From the NCBI RefSeq assembly GCF_006345805.1, contig NC_043026.1, forward strand, positions 1,240,001 through 1,304,000: a DNA stretch of 64,000 nucleotides. The letters are read 5' to 3'. The notes below the pieces were generated by a model. It did no database searches, had not been told where the DNA came from, and saw nothing but the letters and a program-made list of their open reading frames with translations. The first letter of the stretch is position 1. Every line of letters starts with the position of its first letter. Positions 13,161 to 25,331 of this stretch are shown here, piece after piece. Source of the stretch: Octopus sinensis (taxonomy: Eukaryota). Made by a program: the position numbers and the translations under genes.

Positions 13161-15327
13161 TCATCATCATTGTTGTCGTCGTCGTTTAACGTCCGTTTTC
13201 CGCGCTAGCACGGGTTGGATGGTTCGACCGGGGTCTGGGAAGCCAGGGGCTGCACCAGGCTCCAGTCTGATCTGGCAGTGTTTCTACAGCTGGATGCCCT
13301 TCCTAACGCCAACCACTCTGCGAGTGTAGTGGGTGCTTTTTACGTGCCACCGGCACAGGTGCCAGGAGAGTCTGGCATCAGCCATGATCGGTCGGTGCTT
13401 TTAATGTGCCACCAGCACGGAAGCCAGCCAAGGCGGCGCTGGCAACGTCCACGTTCGGATGGTGTTTTTATGTGCCACCGGCACACAAGCCAGTCGAGGC
13501 GGCGCTGGCATCGGCCACGTTCGGATGGTGCTTTTTATGTGCCACCGGCACAGGTATCACAACTACTATTTCCATTGATATTTATTTCGATGTTCATGTA
13601 CTTGACTCAATAGGTCTCCTGAAGCACAGCGTGATGTTCTGGAATCCAAGGTACTTTGAATGGGCAGGGGCTATGCGGAACTGGTGCAGGAAGCAGCCCG
13701 GGTCTTTGCAGTCACAGCATATCTCCAGAGATCTTGGTCCTTCGCCATTGCCTCAGTGAGGCCCAACGCTCTGAGGTCATGCTTGACTACCTCATCCCAT
13801 GTCTTCCTGGGTCTACCTCTCCCCCTGATTCCTTCAACTGTTTGGGAGTGGCACTTCTTCACACATCACTCCTCATCCATCCGCAGTACATGACCATACC
13901 ATCGCAAGCGTCGCTCTTGCACACCACATCTGATGCTTCTTATGTCCAACATTTCTCTCAGGGTGCTTACACTCTGTCGTGCGTGCACACTGACATTACA
14001 CATCCAGCGGATCATGCTAGCTTCATTTCTTTCAAGTCTATGCATGTCCTCTGCAGTCACAGACCAAAGCATGGCAGTTCGCACACATGCATCATACAAT
14101 CTACCTTTCACTCTGAGTGAGAGACCCTTTGTCGCCAGTAGGGGTAGGAGCTTTCTAAACTTTGCACAGGCTATTCTTATTCTAGTGGTGACACTCTCTG
14201 GGCATCCACCTCCACTACTAACTTGGTCACCCAGGTAGCGGAAACTATCGACTACTTCTAGTTTCTTCCCCTGGAGTGTGATGGAATCTGTTTTCTGAGT
14301 ATCTGTTGTGTCTATTGTCCTGTGCATCTGCCGCACATGAAAGCTATCTTATCAGTTAATTTCCCTTTGATGTTGCTGCACCTCTTATGTGTCCATAGCT
14401 TACACTGGGTGCATCTTATGGAGTTTCTACCTACGCCTTTCCTACAGATCGAGCAGGGCCACCTGCCCAAGGGTGTGTGTGCTGAGTTCGCCTTTCTGCT
14501 TACTATAACTTTGGTCTTTGCTACATTTACTCTAAGGCCCTTTGATTCTAACCCTTGCTTCCACACCCGAAATTTCTTTTCTAGTTCTGGTAGTGATTTT
14601 ACTATGAGAGCCAGGTCATCAGCATAGAGGAGCTCCCAGGGGCAACCTGTTTTGAATTCCTCTGTTATTGCCTGGAGGACTATGATGAATAAAAGGGGAC
14701 TGAGGGCTGAACCTTGGTGTACACCTACTTCTACCCAGAATTCTTCACTACACTCATTGCCAATCCTAACCTTGCTGACAGCCTCTCTGTATAGGGCCTG
14801 AACAGCCCTTATTAGCCATTCGTCAATCTCCAGTTTCTGCATCGACCACCAGATAAGGGATCGGGGGACCCTGTCAAAGGCTTTCTCCAAGTCCACGAAG
14901 GCTATGTAGAGGGGTTTATATTTAGCTAGGTATTTCTCCTGCAGTTGTCGACCCAGGAATATGGCATCAGTGGTGCTTCTACCTGGCACAAAACCGAACT
15001 GCATCTCATCTAAGTAGACTCTCTCCCTAATGAGATGGGCTATGACCCTCTCTGTAACCTTCATCACCTGATCCAGCAGTTTGATACCCCTGTAGTTATT
15101 TCTAACTAGAGCATCACCCTTACCCTTGTAGCAGTTGACTATGGTGCTGCTACGTATGACTCCATTATGAACTACCTGGTTTACAATGCGGGTGACTAGG
15201 CTGTTGCCCACACCACCAGATGTTTTAAGCATCTCAGCATTGATTCCTGATGGGCCGGGGGTTTTTCCTGGTTTCATACCCTTAATTGCCTTAACTACAA
15301 GGGAGCTGTCTATTCGGATAGCTATCA
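13161..15327 (-). mobile_element. RTE-X-like LINE, 5'-truncated
   Basis: 338-aa RT ORF at 14312-15328 (MQFGFVPGRST, FVDLEKAFD, LLYADDL) followed by a Cys-rich WPCSICRKGVGRNSIRCTQC domain, C-terminal ORFs, 3' UTR and (GAT)n tail. Confidence 0.95.
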
Positions 15328-15403
15328 TATATATTTTTTTCTCTGTGGTTTCAGCTCAGAGCTGTGGCCATGCTGATGCACCGCCGTTTTGCTTCACTGT
15401 TAT

Positions 15404-16290
15404 TACTTAGAACCTCCTCCAATATGTCGCACTTGGTGAAGAATGGAGTTTGATATAGCTACCCTCATTTGCACCTCCTGCCTTGATGTAAGTTCATCTG
15501 GGACTCTCGACAGGAAGAGGTCCAGCTTTGATTTAAAAATGCCTACATCTACTTTGTGCAGGTTCCTCAGGCTCTTTGGGGGAATATTAAAAAGCTGTGG
15601 GCCCTTGAAACCCAGGCTGTTGCAGTAACTGGTCCTGAAGCGTGATGGCATTGTGGGATCTTTGGCACTATGCAGTGTCGTTTGTTCTGGCATTGGTGTA
15701 GATTTCAATACCAAAATTTGGCACAATTCATCCTGAATCTTCCAGATGTATATTACTGCATACCTCTCCTGCTTTCTCTCCAGGGAGTAGAGTCTTCGCT
15801 GTACAGCCTTTCCCAGTAGCTGAGCAGTTGTAAAGAGACGATCTTCTCTGGATTGCTTCAAGGTCCGCTGTTAATTTTACACTGCTGGGTGACCATAGCT
15901 GTGAGCAGTAATCCAGGTGGCTGAGGACGAATGTCCGCCAGAGGACCATCATGATTTCCTTATCTCTGGTTCTGAATGTTCTTAGGATCCACCCAGCCAG
16001 TCGTCTGCACTTTGTCGCCATCCTGGTAATGTGCACTTGGAAAGAGGTATCCTCATTCATGTTGATACCCAGGTCCCTCACAGACTTAGGCTCTGGGACT
16101 GAAATTCCCTGTGGACTAGTGTACCCTGTAAGTTTCATATTCAGTTTTGGACGCTGGTAGTGCAGGGCTTGGAATTTTTCAGCATTAAACTGCATATTAT
16201 TATCCTCAGCCCATCTGTAGATTGAGTCCAACTCCTGCTGCAGATGTGCAACATCACTGGGGTTCTGTGTTTTCTGCAAGGCTTCCTCTG
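15404..16290 (-). mobile_element. CR1/L2-group LINE RT C-terminal fragment
   Basis: LDSIYRWAEDNNMQFNAEKF, VRDLGI, HLDYCSQLWSP, LEAIQRR and GPQLFN motifs, with frameshifts. Confidence 0.85.
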
Positions 16291-16373
16291 TCTCCTGTTT
16301 CTTGGGCAAGTGCTTCTTCTGTAGCCTCAAGCCAACCAAATCCGTGTGAGTGGATTTGGTAGATGGAAATTGT

Positions 16374-16430
<57 letters not shown>

Positions 16431-16950
16431 GTGCCTTCCTCCCTCCCACCATCACTTAACACCAATGTTGGGTTTACATCCCTGTAACATTAGCAGTTTG
16501 GCAAAAGAGAACCAATAGAATAAGTACTAGGCTTACAAAGAATAAGTCCTGGGCTCGATTTGTTCAACTAAAGGCAAGCTTCTTACCACACAGCCACACC
16601 TGTGCCTATATTTTTATGATATTTATCTCAGAAAATATCTGGCCAAAAAACACAAGAAAATATGTAAAAGAGCAAACCAATACAATTAGAAATATTCAAA
16701 TCAGATCCTTCCTTACAAAATTAGTCTTCTAATATTTTAATGACAAACAGACATTGTGAGCTTCCATTTTGACTGTAAGTCATTGAACATCTGGCTGATA
16801 TGCTGTCAAGCTTGAATTTCAAGTTGGTATAATGCTGTCAGTGGAGCATCAACATGTGACAGGACTATCATATAGTAACAAGAGCCACATGGAGTTTAGA
16901 AGAATAAAACAAAAAACAAAAATTTATTCTTTTACTTGTTTCAGTCATTT

Positions 16951-17352
16951 CTCTAAAGTCCAACCCCTCCTCAAAGCGATAGGGTGGTGTAAATGGGCAG
17001 TGTCAGGGCTATGCCGTCAGGAACTTCGGTTCCTGGTAGGGGCCACTCAGGGCAGATTGGTCTGGCACCGAACGGTATTAGGGCCGTAGCCTGGCCAATG
17101 GGGCTCTGGTGAAAATTCCAAGAGGCGTCTGATTGGCAACCGGTGGCTTTGAGGTCGTTCTGTCCCTGCACCCGTGACAAACTCGTCTTGTCACTCGGGA
17201 TATGCATGCGGGATGTCAGGGACTGCTTGTGAATTCAATATTCCCATGAAATTTCTTCTATGAATCCTACTACTGCTGTCAGGACCAGAGAAGAAGCTGG
17301 TTCAACCCACACTGGGTGAACGCCATCACAAGTACAAGTAAGTAAAGATTTC
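16951..17352 (+). mobile_element. Unclassified GC-rich insertion of about 400 bp splitting a family A SINE
   Basis: The SINE 3' sequence TCATTT|ACTGTGACCATG is interrupted. The insert ends in GAACGCCATC plus (CAAGTA)-like repeats. Confidence 0.55.
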
Positions 17353-17842
17353 ACTGTGACCATGCTTGAGCACTACTTTGAAGTTTTAGTCAAACAAATT
17401 GACCCCAGAACTTATTTTTTAAGCCTAGTACTTATTCTAGTAGTCTCTTTTGTCAAACTGCTAAGTTACAGGGTGTAAACACAACACCAGTTGTGAAACA
17501 GTGATGTGGGGACACAAATACAAAGACACATAGATATATACATATGGACACATATATACATGTATATATGGTTACGGGTTAGACAAAGGCAACAGCAAAT
17601 AAAACAACAGCCTGTAGAATTTTAGATGTGTATTGATATAAATGAATGGCATAAAACACAGATTGAAGGCAGCTCAAAACTTATAATCATTTGAGTCCAA
17701 AACACAAGCCGTCACAAATAGTTTGAATATATATATATATATATAGTTAATCCAAACAAGAAAACACAAAAAAAACAGCAACGCGAGGACGTAGAACAAA
17801 TAAAGTATTATTGGACGCTCAGGAAAGAAGGGAAGAAGGAGG

Positions 17843-17877
17843 GTTTAACGTTTCGAGCGGAGCTCTTCGTCGGAAAC
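17843..17877 (-). ncRNA. Minimal type I hammerhead motif with U4C core change
   Basis: Minus strand GTTT-CCGACGA-A-GAGC(TCC)GCTC-GAAA-CG-TT-AAAC, inside a Penelope-tail-like repeat. Confidence 0.6.
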
Positions 17878-18091
17878 ATAGGAGAAGGAAAGATCCCGAG
17901 AAGGGAAGACAGAGGAAAAAAAATTGCTGGCGGTACTCACGAGGTCACATATATATATATACCAGTTCTTAGTGACTGGGGGATTTCCTTGATGGAAGTC
18001 GAAATTCCAATAGTTCCTACAGAAGTGAGCAATCAAAACAAAAGGGAAGTCACCCTTACCATTTTCTTCTTGCGTTGTTGTTTACTGTTTA

Positions 18092-18622
18092 CTAGCAGAA
18101 ATACCAGTCATTGACTGGGTTCAGAAAGTGACTTCAAGAATTACACTCTGATATATGAAAGTTACTGCTTCAATATTAGTGAATGTTTTGTAGTGGAATA
18201 TCCGCAAGCCCTTATTGCCAGGCTTCAGCCCCAAAAGTTATAATAGTTTACTAATGGGTCCACTGATAGTCAGTCTCTTCAGCTTTTTCTCTTTTCCTAC
18301 GCTGAGATTGCTTATGTAATCGAAATCTAATTTTTTTTGGAGACATTGTAGTAAGATGAATTAATCTATATACAAGACAGGGGACGTAACTCATGTTAGC
18401 AAACTTACGAATTTTACTAATGTGAAAATTGGTAAAACTTATAGTGAAAATCGATTTTTACCGCTATCTGGGGGTGCCTCGGGAAAAATAAGTTGACAAA
18501 AGCAGAGTCATGGTCGTGACCAATGTGCTCCTAAAATTGGAGTGACATTCGTGCTAATTTGTAGATGTGCATAAAGTACATTCATGCACACACACACACA
18601 TCCTACCTTTTATAGATATAGA
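18092..18622 (-). mobile_element. Non-autonomous Helitron
   Basis: Minus strand begins TC(TATATCTATAAAAG) and ends CTAG, inserted between A and T. Subterminal palindrome CCAGTCA-T-TGACTGG at 18104-18118 and internal (CA)n. Confidence 0.8.
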
Positions 18623-19559
18623 TGTCATTCACAGAAGTAAGTAGATAGAGAAGAAGGACAGAATGATGCCAACATTCTGCCTGTCATTTGAGCAGCAACA
18701 ATGGAGAAAGAGAGAATGAGACTTGGCATTCTAAAGTGAGCCAGTGAAAGATATCATAATCGCCTCTTGTTGTCTTCTTCATCTCACCAACTACTTTGAG
18801 GTCATCTCTTTCACCAACTTGGACTATCTGTATTTATAATTATCATAACACAGCAAGAAAGAGGGACATGCTGCTCTGAAAAGAATGGGAACTATTGTAG
18901 GTATCTTCCTTATCTCCTATCAGCTATTGCTTGCAGAGAAGGGGTTAAAAGGGTCAATTGGAGAATACATAAATCGACTTGGCATCAACCATGTGTAGAA
19001 TGTCTCAGCTGTCAAAAAGGAATCCTGTAGACTCAGGTTTGGATCAATATGCCTTAATGAAAATCCACTTTTTTCTTTCCAAGTAAAACATTTTCATAAC
19101 GACTCTCTCCCCCTTGTTACAACAACAAAAATAACACATTCAACATCATAAACAAAACATAGAAGTGTGAAACACAATGTGGATGCATCATGTAACATGA
19201 AGCAAATGATAATAATAATAATGTTCTGAATTCTTCAGTTCAGGAAGTGCATCAGCACGAACATTGTCCCTTTTATCCTCCTGTGTCCCAGAATATTTTG
19301 ACAGCTGTAATGTTTCCTTTCCCTGCATTTAAATACTGAATAACAGATGCGACAGAAACGCTAACAGCTATGACAATTTCGATATCAATTTTTGGTGCCA
19401 TAGTGCAACAGTAATAGAAATAATCGGAGTAGTATTCCTCTGGATGATCCAGCATGTAATTGTAATCATTTCTTTGTTCATTATCTTTTAAAATCTCACA
19501 AGCAATGTGAGATCTTAATCAACAGATAGAAAAATGTTTATGTTGTGATAAGACTCTCT

Positions 19560-19856
19560 AATAATTGTAGTATTGATAATGTATAATTAGCTCTAAGAAC
19601 AATAATAATAAAATTATAAATAAGGTTTATATTAGCTAATGAAATTTAAAAAAGAATATCCCAACACTACCAGACCTTTAAAAATCCCAATTTAAGTAAG
19701 TCTACAGGCTTAAGTAAATACATATGGGAATTAAAATCTAGAAAAAGAGAGTACACGCTTAATTGGAGTATTATAGGTAGAGCCCACTCCTATAATATTG
19801 GGAATAAAATGTGTTTATTATGTATAACAGAATTTATGAAATCACTACAGTCTAGA
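19560..19856 (+). mobile_element. Penelope-like element GIY-YIG endonuclease remnant
   Basis: Frame from 19656: ISQHYQTFKNPNLSKSTGLSKYIWELKSRKREYTLNWSIIGRAHSYNIGNKMCLLCITE, matching the PLE GIY-YIG C-terminal pattern (ST.LSK.IW.LK...W.I...A......C.LC..E). Confidence 0.75.
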
Positions 19857-20826
19857 GATGAATTATTAAACACATATGGTGAACGTGGAGTACTGAACCC
19901 CCAACCCATGAATTAAATAACCACATAATTTTATTTCTAAAGCACTTGAGTAGATTATATAAATAAAAAATAATGCAATAATCTAAATATATGAATTAAA
20001 TACTACTAAAATTATATAATAAATTATGTATATCTCCCAATATAAGTGAATATGAAAATAATAATAGAGGATAATTTAAAATTAAAACTATGTCTAGTGT
20101 AATTACCCCCCTTGGTACTAATCCCCTATAAATACCCATAGTTCCCTGCTATCTTCTTCTAATCATCATTTTAGTACCAGAAAAAAAAGAAGATATGTAT
20201 TTGAATTCTTCTTATTATATATCACATTTAAACACGAATGTATAATTTTATATCTCACATTCTGTATTTGACATATACTTGATTTTACATGATTGATATA
20301 TATACTAATTCATGTTTATAATGTATAATTTATAAATTTTAATTCTTAATATTACAAAGTATAAATTTTATTTTTAATTTTTAATCTTTAATGCTTAATT
20401 GTATTATTTTTTAGAGGGACGTAAAATTAAATATATAATATTTTGAAAAAGAACCTGAAGATGAGTAGGAATAATTGAAAATCTGACTATTGCATATATG
20501 TATTTATATATGTATATAGCTGTGTATATGTATATATATTGTAATCTGCCAGTACTGAAACCCGTGTATCCTTCATATTTAATAAATTTAAGTATTAACT
20601 AAAGTATAATATAATTAATGAAGTGCATTATATACCTAACTGGAAATTTTGGTTATATCCCTTAAGTATTATTTCATGATGTGCAAACTGATACCATGAG
20701 TTTACTGTCAGATATACTCATTGCGATATTTTTGTATTATCTGAAATAGAATAACCGCATATCGATTAATCCCCCAAAATTGAATATTGACTTTTATCAG
20801 ATACTTTTTATATTTATAGATAAATA

Positions 20827-21234
20827 GGCGTAAGAGTGGCTGTGTGGTAAGTAGCTTGCTAACCAACCACATGGTCCCGGGTTCAGTCCCACTGCGTGGC
20901 ATCTTGGGCAAGTGTCTTCTACTATAGCCCCGGGCCGACCAATGCCTTGTGAGTGGATTTGGTAGACGGAAACTGAAAGAAGCCTGTCGTATATATGTAT
21001 ATATATATATGTATGTATGTGTGTGTTTGTGTGTCTGCTGTGTTTGTCACCCTAGCATTGCTTGACAACCGATGCTGGTGTGTTTACGTCCCCGTAACTT
21101 AGCGGTTCGGCAAAAGAGACCGATAGATTAAGTACTGGGCTTACAAAGAATAAGTCCCGGGGTCGAGTTGCTCGACTAAAGGCGGTGCTCCAGCATGGCC
21201 GCAGTCAAAATGACTGAAACAAGTAAAAGAAAGA
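20827..21234 (+). mobile_element. tRNA-derived SINE (family A), full length and little decayed
   Basis: TGGCTGTGTGG and GGTTCAGTCCC boxes, central microsatellite, GACTGAAACAAGTAAAAGA tail. Confidence 0.9.
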
Positions 21235-21611
21235 AATATAAATATATTATAAATAAGACCCCAAAGTATGATGTGCAGATGCATATGATGCTGAAGGGTT
21301 GCATCTGATTGATTTGGAAATTTGTTTTCCCAAATTATTTATATATATATTTATATATATATATATCATCATCATCATCATCATCATCGTTTAACGTCCG
21401 TTTTCCGCGCTAGCACGGGTTGGACGGTTTCGACCGGGGTCTGGGGAGCTCGGGACTGCCCCAGGCTCCAGTCTAGTCTGGCAGTGTTTCTACAGCTGGA
21501 TGCCCTTCCTAACGCCAACCACTCCGCGAGTGTAGTGGGTGTTTTTTACGTGCCACCTGCACAGGTGCCAGAGGGGTCTGGCATCGGCCACGTTCGGATG
21601 GTGCTTTTTAT

Positions 21612-22237
21612 GGGGGGGGGTGCAGAAATATAGGGGAGCACCAGTGGGAGGGGCGGTTCAGAGGACAGGTTCTAGGCAAGTAGAACGTAGGAAATCGAGA
21701 GAGGGGTAATGCATGGTGAAATAGCGTATTGAAGAGGGGGGTTCAAAGAGTAGACACCTATAATGGTGGTGGGGGGGTGCAGAAATATAGCGGAGCACCA
21801 GTGGGAGGGGTGGTTCTGAGGACAGGTTCTAGGCAAGTAGAACGTAGGATATCGAGAGAGGGGTAATGCATGGTGAAATAGCGTATTGAAGAGGGTTTCA
21901 AAGAGTAGACACCTATAATGGTGGTGGGGGGTGCAGAAATATAGGGGAGCACTGGGAGGGTGGTTCAGAGGACAGGTTCTAGGCAAGTAGAACGTAGGAT
22001 ATCGAAGAGGGGTAATGCATGGTGAAATAGCGTATTGAAGAGGGGGGTTCAAAGAGTAGACACCTATAATGGTGGTGGTGGGGGGTGCAGAAATATAGGG
22101 GAGCACCAGTGGGAGAGGTGGTTCAGAGACAGGTTCTAGGCAAGTAGAACGTAGGATATCGAGAGAGGGGTAATGCATGGTGAAATAGCGTATTGAAGAG
22201 GGGGGTTCAAAGAGTAGACACCTATAATGGTGGTGGG
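21612..22237. repeat. Minisatellite, about 155-bp unit, 4 copies
   Basis: GCAGAAATATAG recurs at about 21622, 21779, 21933 and 22087. Confidence 0.92.
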
Positions 22238-22284
22238 AGAAACGACATCCGGTATAGTTGGAGCAAAATAGAGATATCCGGTAT

Positions 22285-22480
22285 TGGTGGTGGTGGTGGT
22301 GGTGGTGGTGGTTGGTGGTGTGGTGGTGGTGGTGTGGTGGTGGTGGTGGTGGTGGTGGTGGTGGTGGTGGTGGTGGTGGTGGTGGTGGTGGTGTGTGGTG
22401 GTGAGTGGTGGTGGTGGTGGTGGTGGTGGTTGGTGGTGGTGGTGGTGGTGGTGGTGGTGGTGGTGTGGTGGTGGGGGGGT
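22285..22480. repeat. (GGT)n tract of about 195 bp
   Basis: Read directly from the sequence. Confidence 0.95.
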
Positions 22481-22497
22481 GGGTAGGGCGGGCGCGC

Positions 22498-25331
22498 CGC
22501 GAAGAATCGGCGGCCAATTCGATCAGCCCTGTAAGGAGATAGATCTTAAATATCTATAACGATAACTAATGAATTATACAGAATATGCAAAAACGAGGCG
22601 AGGCTGAAATAGTAAACAGAGTGGCGACTAGGGGGCTCAGAATAATGATACTATAAATAATAATAAATAGAGATACGGGGGTGATTAAAGTTCAAAGATT
22701 TCTTATCTGGGATCACTTCGTTTACGGACAGACTTGGCAAAAGGAATCGGAATCAGATGAGGCAGGTTACTAGCTTAGTATGCATAGCCATGGAGAGAAG
22801 TAGGAGAGAGGAGTCCAGACAGACAATGTAAAAAGAGGGGGAGAGAAGGGGAAGAGAACCCCGCGAAGAAATCGGCGGCCAATTCGATCAGCCCTGTAAG
22901 GGAGATAGATCTTAAATATCTATAACGATAACTAATGAATTATACAGATATGCAAAAACGAGGCGAGGCTGAAATAGTAAACAGAGTGGCGACTAGGGGG
23001 CTCAGAATATGATACATTAAATAATAATAAATAAGATACGGGGTGAATTAAAGTTCAAAGATTTCTTATCTTGGGATCACATCGTTTCGGACAGACTTGG
23101 CAAAAGGAATTCGGAATCAAGAATGAGGCAGGTTACTAGCTTAAGTATGCATAGCCATGGAGAGAAGTAGGAAGAGAGGAGTCCAGACAGACAATGTAAA
23201 AAGAGGGGGAGAGAAGGGGAAGAGAACCCCGCGAAGAAATCGGCGGCCAATTCGATCAGCCCTGTAAGGGAGATAGATCTTAAATATCTATAACGATAAC
23301 TATGAATTATACAGAATATGCCAAAAACGAGGCGAGGCCGAAATAGTAAACAGAGTGGCGACTAGGGGGCTCAGAATAATGATACATAATAAATAATATA
23401 AATGAGATACGGGGTGAATTAAGTCAAAGATTTCTTATCTTGGGATCACTTCGTTTACGGACAGACTTGGCAAAAGGAATTCGGAATCAAGAATGAGGCA
23501 GGTTACTAGCTTAAGTATGCATAGCCATGGAGAGAAGTAGGAAGAGAGGAGTCCAGACAGACAATGGAAAAGAGGGGGAGAGAAGGGGAAGAGAACCCCG
23601 CGAAGAATCGGCGGCCATTCGATCAGCCCTGTAAGGGAGATAGATCTTAATATCTATAACGAAAACTAATGAATTATACAGAATATGCAAAAACGAGGCG
23701 AGGCTGAAATAGTAAACAGAGTGGCGACTAGGGGGCTCAGAATAATGATACATAATAAATAATAATAAATAGAGATACGGGGTGAATTAAAGTTCAAAGA
23801 TTCTTATCTTGGGATCACTTCGTTTACGGACAGACTTGGCAAAAGGAATTCGGAATCAAGAATGAGGCAGGTTACTAGCTTAAGTATGCATAGCCATGGA
23901 GAGAAGTAGGAAGAGAGGAGTCCAGACAGACAATGTAAAAAGAGGGGGAGAGAAGGGGAAGAGAACCCCGGAAGAAATCGGCGGCCAATTCGATCAGCCC
24001 TGTAGGGAGATAGATCTTAAATATCTATAACGATAACTAATGAATTATACAGAATATGCAAAAACGAGGCGAGGCGAAATAGAAAAAAATAAACAGAGTG
24101 GCGACTAGGGGGCTCAGAATAATGATACATAATAAATAATAATAAATAGAGATACGGGGTGAATTAAAGTTCAAAGATTTCTTATCTTGGGATCACTTCG
24201 TTTACGGACAGACTTGGCAAAAGGAATTCGGAATCAAGAATGAGGCAGGTTACTAGCTTAAGTATGCATAGCCATGGAGAGAAGTAGGAAGAGAGGAGTC
24301 CAGACAGACAATGTAAAAAGAGGGGGAGAGAAGGGGAAGAGAACCCCGCGAAGAATCGGTGGCCAATTCGATCAGCCCTGTAAGGGAGATAGATCTTAAA
24401 TATCTATAACGATAACTAATGAATTATACAGAATATGCAAAAACGAGGCGAGGCTGAAATAGTAAACAGAGTGGCGACTAGGGGGCTCAGAATAATGATA
24501 CATAAAAATAATAATAAATAGAGATACGGGGTGAATTAAAGTTCAAAGATTTCTTATCTTGGGATCACTTCGTTTACGGACAGACTTGGCAAAAGGATTC
24601 GGAATCAAGAATGAGGCAGGTTACTAGCTTAGTATGCATAGCCATGGAGAGAAGTAGGAAGAGGAGTCCAGACAGACAATGTAAAAAGAGGGAGAGAGAA
24701 GGGGAAAGAACCCGCGAAGAATCGGCGGCCAATTCGATCAGCCTGTAAGGGAGATAGATCTTAAATATCTATAACGATAACTATGAATTATACAGAATAT
24801 GCAAAAACGAGGCGAGGCTGAAATAGTAAACAGAGTGGCGACTAGGGGGCTCAGAATAATGATACATAATAATAATAATAAATAGAGATACGGGGTGAAT
24901 TAAAGTTCAAAGATTTCTTATCTTGGGATCACATCGTTACGGACAGACTTGGCAAAAGGAATTCGGAATCAAGAATGAGGCAGGTACTAGCTTAAGTATG
25001 CATAGCCATGGAGAGAAGTAGGAAGAGAGGAGTCCAGACAGACAATGTAAAAAGAGGGGGAGAGAAGGGGAAGAGAACCCCGCGAAGAAACCGGCAGCCA
25101 ATTCGATCAGTCCTGTAAGGGAGATAGATCTTAATATCTATAACGATAACTAATGAATTATACAGAATATGCAAAAGAAGGCGAGGCTGAAATAGTAAAC
25201 AGAGTGGCGACTAGGGGGCTCAGAATAATGATACATAATAAATAATAATAAATAGAGATACGGGGTGAATTAAAGTTCAAAGATTTCTTATCTTGGGATG
25301 ACTTCGTTTACGGACAGACTTGGCAAAAGGA
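22498..25331. repeat. Tandem array, about 368-bp unit, 7 full copies plus one partial
   Basis: Unit start CGCGAAGAA(A)TCGGCGGCC at 22498, 22862, 23230, 23599, ~23969, 24347, 24713 and 25081. Copies differ mainly by small indels. Confidence 0.95.

Larger units (their letters stand above)
21366..22501 (-). mobile_element. Composite retroposon (GC-rich head, 155-bp module x4, RTE-X 3' tail)
   Basis: Reverse-complement match to 40587-41096, including diagnostic variants in the RTE tail. Confidence 0.8.

Noticed and set aside
19273-19455. 60-aa minus-strand ORF (MAPKIDIEIVIAVS...KIFWDTG)
   Set aside because: Looks protein-like and may be a transposon remnant, but I cannot assign it without a search.
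20827-20900. tRNA genes at SINE heads (also 1722, 7134, 31656, 34033, 36143)
   Set aside because: A/B boxes are present but there is no complete cloverleaf, and each continues into a SINE body.
21672-22559. Pro/His-, Val/Gly- and Trp-rich ORFs
   Set aside because: Artefacts of the (GGT)n tract and the 155-bp minisatellite.
22498-25331. Array as CRISPR or as a hammerhead retrozyme
   Set aside because: Units are contiguous with no unique spacers and no cas genes are present. No CUGANGA...GAAA core or twister/HDV fold was found on either strand by eye.
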